This document shows, piece by piece, positions 8,628 through 17,017 of a stretch of 64,000 nt of DNA; within the stretch, counting starts at the first letter, position 1; every line of letters starts with the position of its first letter. The notes below the pieces were generated by a model that made no database searches, was not told where the DNA came from, and saw nothing but the letters and a program-made list of their open reading frames with translations. The DNA is from Candidatus Woesearchaeota archaeon (GTDB lineage Archaea > Nanobdellota > Nanobdellia > Woesearchaeales > JAHWHD01). Location of the stretch: assembly GCA_019323515.1 (NCBI GenBank), contig JAHWHG010000004.1:1859-65858 (forward strand). The letters are read 5' to 3'. A program made the translations under genes and the position numbers.

Positions 8628-9245
8628 ATGGATGAAGAAAGGTATGAGGACCTTGAAAAAGAGGATGATAAGAAGTTTAAAGGGCCGATAAAGGTAATAC
8701 TAGGAGTTTTCTTGATATTTATGATTGTGTTGATGGCTGTGCCTTATTATGGGTTAAAGGATAACCCTGAGCCAGAGGTTGTGATTGATTATACTTTGGA
8801 AGCAGATAATTCTATTGGAAGGTTTGATACGATAGATGATGTGTATGATTATGAGATATCTAAAGAGTTAAGAGAGGCTGCTTCAAAGATTGCAACAACT
8901 GGTTGCTATTCAGGGATAAAGATGTGTCAGATGAAGGCATTGTATTATTTTGTGCGGGATAATGTCAAGTATGTGAATGATCCAAAAAGCAGGGAGTATT
9001 TCCAGACACCTGAATCAACGCTTTATGTGAAGTCAGGTGATTGTGATGATAAGAGCATATTGCTGGTTGGGCTTTTGAAAGCTATAGGAGTGGATGCTAA
9101 AGTTAAGACAGTGCCAGGCCATGCTTATGTTCAGGTAAGTTATAATGATGCGCCAAAGAAGTATCTTGATGATGAAGGACTGATTAATCTTGACTCAACA
9201 TGCAGTTATTGTAAGTTTGGGGAGCTGCCATTAGAGTATAGCTAA
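8628..9245 (+). CDS. membrane-anchored transglutaminase-like cysteine protease domain protein
   Basis: The start is moved to the ATG at 8628, directly after the uppS stop; the tracked start at 8538 lies inside uppS. There is one TM segment (VILGVFLIFMIVLMAV). The core SGDCDDKSILLVGLLKAIGVDAKV...GHAYVQV fits the transglutaminase-like Cys/His pattern. Confidence 0.65.
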   Translation: MDEERYEDLEKEDDKKFKGPIKVILGVFLIFMIVLMAVPYYGLKDNPEPEVVIDYTLEADNSIGRFDTIDDVYDYEISKELREAASKIATTGCYSGIKMCQMKALYYFVRDNVKYVNDPKSREYFQTPESTLYVKSGDCDDKSILLVGLLKAIGVDAKVKTVPGHAYVQVSYNDAPKKYLDDEGLINLDSTCSYCKFGELPLEYS

Positions 9246-9292
9246 GAAATTTAAAAACATTTAAATACTATAAATAGATATGTTGTGGTATA

Positions 9293-9448
9293 ATGAAAAA
9301 AAAGAGGGCTGTTAAAAAGAAGGCTAAGCCTTCAGCTAGAACGCTTAAGAAGGAAATTGAGAAAGAGCGTGAGATAGAAATCTGGTTTTGGATAATTCTG
9401 TTCTTGATCATAATCGGGTTGGTATTGTCAATCCTTAGAGCTATCTGA
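9293..9448 (+). CDS. possible small tail-anchored membrane protein (51 aa)
   Basis: Not in the ORF track (<60 aa). ATG at 9293, TGA at 9446-9448. Sequence is MKKKRAVKKKAKPSARTLKKEIEKEREIEIWFWIILFLIIIGLVLSILRAI: a basic N-terminus followed by one TM helix. Confidence 0.35.
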   Translation: MKKKRAVKKKAKPSARTLKKEIEKEREIEIWFWIILFLIIIGLVLSILRAI

Positions 9449-9856
9449 ACCTAGGTTTGTAATCTCTTTCCATTCTTTAATCTTAGTAAGGATAGTTTGG
9501 TATAGGTTTATCATCCTTTCTGCTATATTTAATGCTTTGTCATAGTCGTTTATTTGGTGGTGAGGTGCTACATTTCTCGCCTGCTGCAGGTGTTTATAGT
9601 GAATCTTTTCAGTTTCAAGGTTTAGCTTGAGTTCGTTTTCTGCTTCCTGAATTGCTTGTTCTCTTGTAAGGCCTTCAGCCTTGCATTCCTTTTCAAGCCT
9701 GGAGATTTCCAAGTGTTTAGTGATATCGTCAAGGCATTGCATTGTCTGAATCTTTCTCAGACCTTCCTGGAGTTCCTTGAAGTATTGTTTTTCTAAAACC
9801 TGTTCCCTTGTCTTAATGTAAGAAATAACTGCAAAGTTGTGGTCCTTTGGTTTCAT
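9428..9856 (-). CDS. hypothetical alpha-helical protein
   Basis: 142-aa ORF in an otherwise empty interval, with coding-like composition and no family motif recognised. Confidence 0.5.
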   Translation of the reverse strand: MKPKDHNFAVISYIKTREQVLEKQYFKELQEGLRKIQTMQCLDDITKHLEISRLEKECKAEGLTREQAIQEAENELKLNLETEKIHYKHLQQARNVAPHHQINDYDKALNIAERMINLYQTILTKIKEWKEITNLGSDSSKD

Positions 9857-9960
9857 ATACGTTTGAAGGGTTTGAGGTTATAAGAGGATTTGTATATTAT
9901 GATGTATACGTTAAAATATTCGCTTTTTACCCCATAACCTCCCATAAAGCGAAATAAAAC

Positions 9961-10100
9961 TGCGCTTAATAGGTGTTAAGTTCTCCGAGTGCGAAGCACG
10001 AGAGTGCAACGTGACCGAGCGACTGAAAGGAGCGAAGGAGTAAAATTTGAGTTCCAAATAAAATCGAGCGTAGCGAGTGTAGAAGTAAGGGTTCTTTGTT
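9961..10100. repeat. left arm of mosaic inverted repeat bracketing the 10110-11360 cassette
   Basis: GGGTTCTTTGTT (10089-10100) and TAAAATTTGAGTTCC (10041-10055) are exact reverse complements of 11374-11385 and 11393-11407. Further shared blocks are GAGTGCAAC / CGACTG / CGAAGGAG / GTTAAGTTC. Confidence 0.75.
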
Positions 10101-10109
10101 ACATGGGGC

Positions 10110-10538
10110 TTATTCCTTTTTATCATTAATTAGTTCATATATCTCACGATAACGCTTTTGTGCTCCTTTAAAAATTTGTTTTCCCCAATCATCTGTTTTT
10201 TCTAAATTGTGTTTGCCGATTATTCTTACACCCGGAAATGCCCGTCCACTTCCACCTCCAGCTATAAAGCAATCAAGTGAACCATCTCCATCAGAATCAT
10301 ATAACTCCGTATAACCGCAGATATTACTTGAACTTATTCGGACAGCATTTGAATTAATACCTTGATATACACTAGATTTAGAACCGTAAGAATCTGAAAT
10401 GGTTTTAACAAGTTTCCAATTAGTATGCTTATCATAGTAATCCATAGCCGGCATAAAAGTAGCAGCCAATGCAAAAGCCCCAACTATTAAAGTTTCAATT
10501 CCATATTTTTTTATTTTTTCTTTAAGTGTCATTTTCAT
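10110..10538 (-). CDS. hypothetical membrane-anchored protein with DxDGDG Ca-binding-like loop
   Basis: N-terminal TM segment (IETLIVGAFALAATFMPA) and the motif YDSDGDGSLDCFIAGGGSG. Confidence 0.55.
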   Translation of the reverse strand: MKMTLKEKIKKYGIETLIVGAFALAATFMPAMDYYDKHTNWKLVKTISDSYGSKSSVYQGINSNAVRISSSNICGYTELYDSDGDGSLDCFIAGGGSGRAFPGVRIIGKHNLEKTDDWGKQIFKGAQKRYREIYELINDKKE

Positions 10539-10830
10539 TTATTTCTTGTTCTTTTGGATCATCTGGTGCAAGTCCATAACCACAAATGAGACCAAATAGT
10601 CCCATTGAAGTGCCGTAAACAATGCCGAGTGCTTTGATATTTTTAGCATAAACTTGTTGAGGTTTTTTGCACATCTCATAATGCCCATTGTTGTATCTAT
10701 AACTTTCATAGAGTGCTGGAATTCCTGTTCCAAGACTTGCACTCAATGCGGATACTGCTACTGCAACTTTTAATTTTTTTAATAAGCCCATGCCATAGAG
10801 ATTCTGCACATGATTTATTAACTTATTCAC
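10522..10830 (-). CDS. hypothetical small membrane protein (2 TM)
   Basis: 102 aa with two hydrophobic segments. It overlaps the downstream gene by 17 nt, which suggests an operon. Confidence 0.5.
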   Translation of the reverse strand: MNKLINHVQNLYGMGLLKKLKVAVAVSALSASLGTGIPALYESYRYNNGHYEMCKKPQQVYAKNIKALGIVYGTSMGLFGLICGYGLAPDDPKEQEINENDT

Positions 10831-10886
10831 AAAATTTTCCTCAAATTGGGGAAAGTTTTATAAATTATTGCAGTTTCTCGGCAAAT

Positions 10887-11360
10887 ATGGTTAAAATTGA
10901 TCAAAAAGATAAGAAAGTATTGGAACAATTACAAATAAATGCTAGACAATCAGTAAGTAAAATCGCCAGAAAAACTAAACTACCAATTGATGTTGTTAAG
11001 TATAGAATCAAGAAATTGGAAAAAGAAGGCATAATTAAATCTTATCACGCATTTCTTGATCCATTAAAATTGGGTTATCCACTTTATGCGTATGTAGTAT
11101 TTTCATTATCTAATCTAAAACCTGAACAAGAAAAGCACTTGATTGGTTATTTAAAATTACATAAAAGAATTGTTTATGTTTCTAAAAATTCTGGTAGGTG
11201 GGATATTGTAATTGGTGTTTGTGCAAAAGATTACAAAGATCTTGATGAAGTTGTTAAACAAATTAGAGCAAAATGTACTGATTCTATAAAAGATTTTGAA
11301 GTGATTCCTGTGATAGAAGAATTCAAATACGATTATATGGCAGATTTAATAGAGGTATGA
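10887..11360 (+). CDS. Lrp/AsnC family transcriptional regulator
   Basis: The start is moved to the ATG at 10887. MVKIDQKDKKVLEQLQINARQSVSKIARKTKLPIDVVKYRIKKLEKEGIIKSY is an HTH_AsnC motif, followed by a RAM-like domain (AYVVFSL...VIPVIEEFKYDY). Confidence 0.85.
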   Translation: MVKIDQKDKKVLEQLQINARQSVSKIARKTKLPIDVVKYRIKKLEKEGIIKSYHAFLDPLKLGYPLYAYVVFSLSNLKPEQEKHLIGYLKLHKRIVYVSKNSGRWDIVIGVCAKDYKDLDEVVKQIRAKCTDSIKDFEVIPVIEEFKYDYMADLIEV

Positions 11361-11373
11361 TATAGTCCAATAG

Positions 11374-11525
11374 AACAAAGAACCCGTTAAAAGGAACTCA
11401 AATTTTATTGAACTTAACAGGAATTAATTGGCTCAGTCGTTGCACTCCTTCGACCCAAATCCACCTCAACACCACCCTAGCCTATGTTGCACCCTAGGAC
11501 TTCAATTAATTCCGATGTTAAGTTC
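11374..11525. repeat. right arm of mosaic inverted repeat; contains a long interrupted hairpin (possible ncRNA)
   Basis: 11410-11430 GAACTTAACAGGAATTAATTG pairs with 11503-11525 CAATTAATTCCGATGTTAAGTTC, giving 9-bp and 10-bp helices around about 72 nt. Blocks are shared with 9961-10100 in inverted orientation. Confidence 0.7.
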
Positions 11526-11633
11526 AATAATTTCTAGTGGCTTAAACTAAACACCGACAATTTCTAAAGAGTAATTTATATATCACATGATTATAAAAGT
11601 ATCTTTAAATAGAACCCTCTATTCTAAGATAAT

Positions 11634-12248
11634 ATGGAAGAAACACCAAAACCATTTGGACATCCTGATGACAAAGGATTTTATGATACAGAGATTTATC
11701 CTGGAAGTGAAGTACTATCAAAAATTGCTCAGATTCTAGTTGCATCACACAGTTCTTCATTAGAATACTTAGCTCTATCTGGCTACATCCATCGAGACTA
11801 TCCTGCTGAGACTGAAGAAAAAGATTTTGACTGGAAATGGCATATTCTTGTAGGGGTTGATCAAAACGCATCGGAAGAATCAAGAGACCTAATTTATAAT
11901 CAAAGTTTTGAAAGAGGAATTGAAGCTGCATATAAAGAGGTCCTTGGAAAGAACTTATGGCACCATGGTCCACTAAAGCCAGTTATCCTAGACTATCATA
12001 AGATAAATGAAGAAAAGATACAACCAGGAACGCTACTCTATTCTCTTGTAGAAAAAGCAGTTCCATTGTGGGAAAAACCTGAGATTTTAAAGCCTTGGGG
12101 CGACTGTGAGCTTTCTCCTTTTGAACACTTGCAACAATATTTCTTTCAATTCTATAACAGACCAGCAGTTCCTGATCAAGACTATGTATATGTAGTGTCA
12201 GTATCAGGAGATGAAGCAAAGCGCTATATTATGGTAAAAGAAGATTAA
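11634..12248 (+). CDS. hypothetical protein
   Basis: 204-aa ORF with no motif recognised. Confidence 0.5.
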   Translation: MEETPKPFGHPDDKGFYDTEIYPGSEVLSKIAQILVASHSSSLEYLALSGYIHRDYPAETEEKDFDWKWHILVGVDQNASEESRDLIYNQSFERGIEAAYKEVLGKNLWHHGPLKPVILDYHKINEEKIQPGTLLYSLVEKAVPLWEKPEILKPWGDCELSPFEHLQQYFFQFYNRPAVPDQDYVYVVSVSGDEAKRYIMVKED

Positions 12249-12345
12249 TCAAGGGGAATACATAATTGCGAAACCTTTATAAACAAGTTATTTTCACAAA
12301 GAAATATAACCGTTAATACTATCCAATGGATAGAAGGTCAGAAAA

Positions 12346-12996
12346 ATGGATAAATCTGAAGTATTAAAAACAATTGAACAAGTAAAGAAGGATTCTAAAA
12401 AACGTAACTTTAAACAGAGTTATGATTTGATTATAACATTGAAGAACCTGGACCTGAAAAAGCCAGAACATACACCTGATTTCTTTCAAGAGCTGCACTT
12501 TGATATCGGGAAAAAGAAGAAGATTGCTGCTTTAGTAGGTGCTGAGCTTAAAGATGAGGCTTCAAAGGTTTGTGATTTGGTTATAATTGATGATGATTTC
12601 CCAGGGTATGACAAGAAGAAACAGAAAGCTATTGCAAAGGATTATGATTATTTCATTGCCCAGGCTAATATGATGGGTAAGGTAGCTACAACATTCGGTA
12701 AAGTGTTAGGTCCAAGAGGGAAGATGCCGAACCCAAAGGCAGGGTGTGTTGTACCGCCAAAAGCAAGCCTTAAACCTTTATATGATAAATTACAAAGATT
12801 GAGCAGGATCAGTGTGAAGAAAGCGCAGATGATGCAGATGATAGTAGGCAAGGAAGATATGAAGGATGAGGAGGTTGCTGATAATATAATCACAGTTTAC
12901 AATGGATTAATACATCACCTGCCTAATGAAGTTAACAATGTCAAAGCTGTAATGCTGAAGCTTACAATGGGTAAGCCTGTTGAGATTAAAAAATGA
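12346..12996 (+). CDS. rpl1: 50S ribosomal protein L1 (uL1)
   Basis: NFKQSYDLIITLKNLDLKKPE...GKVLGPRGKMPNPKAG is the uL1 signature. It is the first gene of the conserved L1-L10-L12 operon. Confidence 0.92.
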   Translation: MDKSEVLKTIEQVKKDSKKRNFKQSYDLIITLKNLDLKKPEHTPDFFQELHFDIGKKKKIAALVGAELKDEASKVCDLVIIDDDFPGYDKKKQKAIAKDYDYFIAQANMMGKVATTFGKVLGPRGKMPNPKAGCVVPPKASLKPLYDKLQRLSRISVKKAQMMQMIVGKEDMKDEEVADNIITVYNGLIHHLPNEVNNVKAVMLKLTMGKPVEIKK

Positions 12997-14381
12997 AAGC
13001 GCATGTAAGTGATTTCAAGAAAAAGGTTGTAGCTGATTTTGCTAAATTGATTTCTGAGTATCCGATTGTTGGTCTTCTTAACATGGAGAACCTTCCTGCG
13101 CCGCAGCTTCAGAACATGAGAAAGCAGTTGAGTGAGACAGTGGTAATCAAGCTTACAAAGAAAAGGCTGATGAAGTTTGCTTTTGAAAAGGCAGCTGAGA
13201 AAAAGCCAGGTGTCGAGAAACTGCAGGAGCATTTCAGGGGCATGCCTGCGTTATTGTTCACAAAAGAAAATCCGTTTAAGTTATTCAAGATGCTGCAGAA
13301 GAATAAAAGCAGTGCGCCTGCAAAGGCTGGTCAGACTGCGCCTAATGATATTGTGGTAGTCGCTGGTGCAACTTCATTTGCTCCTGGACCTGTAATCGGT
13401 GAACTTGGTTCATTTGGGATAAAGACAGGTGTTGAAGGAGGAAAGATTGCAATCAAAGAGGATAAGGTTATTGCTAAAGCTGGGGATGTTATTTCTGGTA
13501 AGCTTGCAAGTCTTCTGTTAAGGCTTGGGATTGAACCGATGGAAATCGGTCTTGACCTGGTTGCAGTGTATGAAGACGGAACCATATATACAAAAGATAT
13601 ACTGAACATCAATGAACAAGATTACCTTGATAATATTGGGTTATGCCATAAATGGGCATTCAACCTTGGGTTTGAGGTAGGGTATACAACCAAGGATAAT
13701 ATTGAACTATTCATAACTAAGGCTTTCAATGATTCAAAGGCAGTTGCACTTGAATCCAATTTCATGGCTGATGCTGTTGTTGAGCAGTTATTGGGTAAGG
13801 CTGAGAGAGAGATGCTGAGTCTTAAGAATACAGCTAATATAACAGTGGAAGTTAAGAAAGTTGAAGAAAAGAAAGTAGAACCAAAAGCAGAAGCTGAGGT
13901 GAAACCTCAGGTCAAGGAAGAGTCTAAGCCTGTTGAGGAGAAAAAGGAAGCTGAGGCTCCAAAGGAAGAGAAGAAAGAAGCTGTTGAAGAAGTAAAGATA
14001 GAGAAGCCTGAAGAACCAAAAGAGGAGCCTAAACAAGAAGTTCAAGATCAAGAAGCACCCAAAGAAGAAAAAAAGGAAGAAGCTGCTGAGGAAAAGAAAG
14101 AAGAGCCAAAGGCAGAAGCTGAGGTGAAACCTGAGGTAATGGAAGGGCCTAAGCCTGTTGAGGAAGTTAAGGCAGAGGAAACAGAGGATAAAGCTGAACA
14201 GATAATCAAGGAGACTAAAGAGGCTTTTGACAAGGGTAATCTTGTCAAGAAGGAGGAAGAGAAAAAGCCAAGTGCTTCAGATATTTTAGAGGAGATAAAA
14301 GAAGAGGAACCAAAAAAGAAAGAACCTGAAAAGGTGCCGACTGCATATGAACTTATGCAGAAAAAAAAGAAAAATTCATAA
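12993..14381 (+). CDS. rplP0: ribosomal stalk protein P0 (uL10) with about 170-aa E/K-rich C-terminal extension
   Basis: ATGA-coupled to L1. The N-terminal 290 aa are typical P0 (YPIVGLLNMENLPAPQLQNMRKQL...GPVIGELGSFGIKT...). The C-terminus is low-complexity E/K/P/A and ends ...AYELMQKKKKNS. Confidence 0.88.
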   Translation: MKAHVSDFKKKVVADFAKLISEYPIVGLLNMENLPAPQLQNMRKQLSETVVIKLTKKRLMKFAFEKAAEKKPGVEKLQEHFRGMPALLFTKENPFKLFKMLQKNKSSAPAKAGQTAPNDIVVVAGATSFAPGPVIGELGSFGIKTGVEGGKIAIKEDKVIAKAGDVISGKLASLLLRLGIEPMEIGLDLVAVYEDGTIYTKDILNINEQDYLDNIGLCHKWAFNLGFEVGYTTKDNIELFITKAFNDSKAVALESNFMADAVVEQLLGKAEREMLSLKNTANITVEVKKVEEKKVEPKAEAEVKPQVKEESKPVEEKKEAEAPKEEKKEAVEEVKIEKPEEPKEEPKQEVQDQEAPKEEKKEEAAEEKKEEPKAEAEVKPEVMEGPKPVEEVKAEETEDKAEQIIKETKEAFDKGNLVKKEEEKKPSASDILEEIKEEEPKKKEPEKVPTAYELMQKKKKNS

Positions 14382-14399
14382 TTATGGAGGTCATTCAAA

Positions 14400-14720
14400 A
14401 TGGAATACATATACGCTGCAATGTTATTGCATAAAGCTGGAAAAGAGGTTAACGAAGACAATGTCAAAAAGGTTCTAGAAGCTGCTGGAGTTGGGGTTGA
14501 TGATGCTAGAATAAAAGCATTAATCGCTGCACTTGAAGGCGTTAATATTGATGAAGCAATCGAAAAGGCTGCTGTAGCGCCTGTTGCTGCTGCGCCTGCA
14601 GCTGCTGCAAGTGGTGAAGCTTCTGGAGGACAAGCTGCTGAACCTAAGAAAGAGGAGAAAAAGGAAGACAAGAAGTCAGAGGAACAGGCTGCAGCTGGAC
14701 TAGGAGCATTGTTCGGTTAA
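14400..14720 (+). CDS. rpl12: ribosomal stalk protein P1 (archaeal L12)
   Basis: [30 protein letters not shown]... with an Ala-rich hinge and the canonical C-terminus [21 protein letters not shown] lies upstream. Confidence 0.92.
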   Translation: MEYIYAAMLLHKAGKEVNEDNVKKVLEAAGVGVDDARIKALIAALEGVNIDEAIEKAAVAPVAAAPAAAASGEASGGQAAEPKKEEKKEDKKSEEQAAAGLGALFG

Positions 14721-14770
14721 ATAAAGAGTATTTTTTTTATTTTATTTTTAACAATGGGTCGAAACAGGAA

Positions 14771-15655
14771 ATGTTATCGGATAAAGAGAAGAAACAGTTG
14801 TTTAGAGAATTTGATGAAAAGAAGAGAGATATTTCTAGACTGAGAAAAGATCTTAACAGTCTTAATGCCAAGAAAGAGGCTATGTTTGCTAAAGTATCAA
14901 AGATTTCTGAAGAGATTAATAATATAAAAAAACAAGCTGGAAAGTCCAAGGATAAAAGGAATGCGTTCACAAAGCAGGTAAAGGAAGAGAAAAAGCTCCG
15001 CGAGGAGCTTAACAAGTCCATAAGAGAGAAAATCAAGCTTGCCAAGGAACTTAATGAAGAGAAGATAAAGATACAAAAAAAACATAATATCAAAGGAGAT
15101 CCCTCAAGGATAAAGGACGAGATTGAGAAGCTTGAGATGAGTATTGAGACTGAAGCATTGTCTTTTAAGAAAGAACAGGAAGTGATGAAGAAGATAAAGG
15201 AGCTAAAGAAAAGGTATCAAGAGGCTCAGCAGGTAAGCAGTGTATGGGAGAAACTGCATAAAGTGTCTAAAGAGATTGATGATGAAAAAAGAAAGGCAGA
15301 GGAAGTGCACAGGAAAATACAAAATAAGGCAAAAGAGAGCCAGACAAGGCATGAGGAGTTAATATCATCATCAGAAGAGATAAAAGAGTTAAGAAAGAAA
15401 GAGAAGGAAGCGTTTGATAAGTTTACAGAAATCAAAAAAAAGTTTAATGAGATCAACGACGAGCTTAAGAAGAAGCTTGTTGAGTTTAATGAGATTAAGA
15501 ATAAGGTTGATGGAATAAGGGACGAGAGTAATAAAGAGAAGAAGAAAAAGATTGAAAAGAAGTTAAAGGATCTTGAAGCTAATGTTGAGGAGAAAATAAA
15601 AAAGGGCATGAAAATCACTACTGAGGATTTGTTGGCTTTTCAGGGGAAAAATTAG
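14771..15655 (+). CDS. K/E-rich coiled-coil protein (archaeal COG1340-like)
   Basis: 294 aa, almost entirely heptad-like charged sequence. It sits downstream of the stalk operon. Confidence 0.55.
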   Translation: MLSDKEKKQLFREFDEKKRDISRLRKDLNSLNAKKEAMFAKVSKISEEINNIKKQAGKSKDKRNAFTKQVKEEKKLREELNKSIREKIKLAKELNEEKIKIQKKHNIKGDPSRIKDEIEKLEMSIETEALSFKKEQEVMKKIKELKKRYQEAQQVSSVWEKLHKVSKEIDDEKRKAEEVHRKIQNKAKESQTRHEELISSSEEIKELRKKEKEAFDKFTEIKKKFNEINDELKKKLVEFNEIKNKVDGIRDESNKEKKKKIEKKLKDLEANVEEKIKKGMKITTEDLLAFQGKN

Positions 15656-16251
15656 AATTCTAGATTAAGTTTTTTTAGTATCTCGGGGAGATTATCAGGG
15701 TTATAGCAAAGTGCTGCTTGGAATCCTTTTTCAATAGCACCATTAATGTTTTTTTCCGAGTCGTCGAGTACTAGGATTTCATGTGCCTTGAATTTAGTAA
15801 TCTCTGGCACCTTGTCGAGAAGTGATGGTTTTCTTATTCCATGTTCATATGATAATATCACATAATCAAAGTCCTTTAGAAAGTTAAATTTCCTGTCTAA
15901 TATTGCGATTCTTTCCTTGAAGTTGTTTGAACAGATAACTGATTTTATGCCTTTGTTTCTTACTCTCTTGATTAAATCAACTGCAGGTTGGTTAAGTTCG
16001 TAGCCTGAGACTAAGATATATAATAGTTCATCCTTAGTAGCAGGGATTTGCCATTGCTTTATAGCAAAGTCCCAGAATTCGTCTCCAGTTAGTATGCCTT
16101 CTTTATACTTCTGCATCTGATCGCTTCTCAGGTAGATATCTTTTACTTTTTCTATGTCAAGGTTAAAACCAGAAGAGATTCTCTTAAGAAAGTTTTCAGT
16201 GCCGTTCTTAAAATAGACTCCGTCTAAATCAAAAATAATTCCTTTAATCAT
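15652..16251 (-). CDS. HAD-superfamily hydrolase (subfamily IA-like)
   Basis: Motif I IIFDLDGV, motif II SVICSNN, and motif IV-like LVLDDSEKNI. Confidence 0.75.
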   Translation of the reverse strand: MIKGIIFDLDGVYFKNGTENFLKRISSGFNLDIEKVKDIYLRSDQMQKYKEGILTGDEFWDFAIKQWQIPATKDELLYILVSGYELNQPAVDLIKRVRNKGIKSVICSNNFKERIAILDRKFNFLKDFDYVILSYEHGIRKPSLLDKVPEITKFKAHEILVLDDSEKNINGAIEKGFQAALCYNPDNLPEILKKLNLEF

Positions 16252-16259
16252 TCTTAGAA

Positions 16260-16475
16260 CTATTTCTTACCAGTAAACTCTGTATAATGACACTGGCCGC
16301 AGTAAAGTCTATCCTTGTGCTCTGATAAAAATACTCCAACACCGCATTTTGGGCAGAATTTCTTTTTTCTTTCTAATTTGTCTCCAGATGCTGTATAATG
16401 TTTATACTTTGCGCTTGTCTTCTTAGGTTTTCTGGTTTTTTTACCTTTTTTAACTACTTTTGGTCCTTTTCCCAT
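16260..16475 (-). CDS. rps27ae: 30S ribosomal protein S27ae (eS31)
   Basis: Zn-ribbon FCPKCGVGVFLSEHKDRLYCGQCHYT with a basic N-terminus. It lies in the conserved S24e-S27ae pair. Confidence 0.88.
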   Translation of the reverse strand: MGKGPKVVKKGKKTRKPKKTSAKYKHYTASGDKLERKKKFCPKCGVGVFLSEHKDRLYCGQCHYTEFTGKK

Positions 16476-16822
16476 TATTGTTCACCCTTTGCTTTAGGTT
16501 CTTCCTTTGTCTCTGCTTCTTCTTTAGGAGCTTCCTTTTTTTCTGAAGCTTTAGCCTCTTTCTCTCTCTGTTTCTTGGATTTTACCTCAAACCTGTTCTT
16601 GTTTTCCTTAGAATCATAGATATGGGCAATAGCTTTACTTGTTGTATCGCCGAACTTGTTATAGATATGTCTTATCTCTATAACTTCTTCCTTGACAGCA
16701 AGCTGTTTTGAAAGTGATGTCTTTATTTCTTTGTTTGAGGGGGTAGGTCCTTTTTTTTCAAATATAACAGTAACCCTTTTTCTTGCTAAAAGTGGTTGTT
16801 CAATTGTTTTTGTAACTTCCAT
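16475..16822 (-). CDS. rps24e: 30S ribosomal protein S24e (eS24) with K/E-rich tail
   Basis: NPLLARKRVTV-like start (QPLLARKRVTVIFEKKGPTPSNKEIK) and GDTTSKAIAHIYDS. The extra C-terminal tail is KKQREKEAKASEKKEAPKEEAETKEEPKAKGEQ. Confidence 0.85.
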   Translation of the reverse strand: MEVTKTIEQPLLARKRVTVIFEKKGPTPSNKEIKTSLSKQLAVKEEVIEIRHIYNKFGDTTSKAIAHIYDSKENKNRFEVKSKKQREKEAKASEKKEAPKEEAETKEEPKAKGEQ

Positions 16823-17008
16823 CTATCTCACCTTAATTGCGTATTCCCCTTTTATTTTAATCCCTAACTTTTGTGCAATCTCTGATTTATTAGCGTCTAT
16901 AACGTTAAGTCTGCCGAACCACGTAGTTGTGAAATTACTATTCTTACAGATTGGGCAGGTACTTCCTTCAACAAAGATTTTACATGATTTGCAAGCTTTT
17001 TTCTTCAT
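16823..17008 (-). CDS. spt4: transcription elongation factor Spt4 (RpoE'')
   Basis: 61 aa. The Zn-ribbon CKSC...CPIC is followed by TTTWFGRLNVIDANKSEIAQKLGI, and the gene lies immediately downstream of rpoE'. Confidence 0.88.
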   Translation of the reverse strand: MKKKACKSCKIFVEGSTCPICKNSNFTTTWFGRLNVIDANKSEIAQKLGIKIKGEYAIKVR

Positions 17009-17017
17009 TTTATTACC

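Noticed and set aside
9911-10126. 71-aa minus-strand ORF
   Set aside because: It lies entirely within the left inverted-repeat arm, has an odd composition and no start context. The repeat structure explains the region better.
12321-12333. Perfect palindrome TATCCA-A-TGGATA in the L1 operon leader as an L1 autoregulatory site
   Set aside because: From memory, the known archaeal L1 regulatory sites mimic the 23S rRNA L1 stalk and in some methanogens lie within the coding region. This short DNA palindrome shows no such mimicry that I can verify.
14048-14671. 207-aa minus-strand ORF (S/A/F-rich) antisense to P0/P1
   Set aside because: It is a shadow ORF on the complement of the E/K/A-rich stalk-protein genes, which are unambiguous. 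The same logic applies to 13788-14051, 14737-15093, 15226-15618 and 16398-17129.
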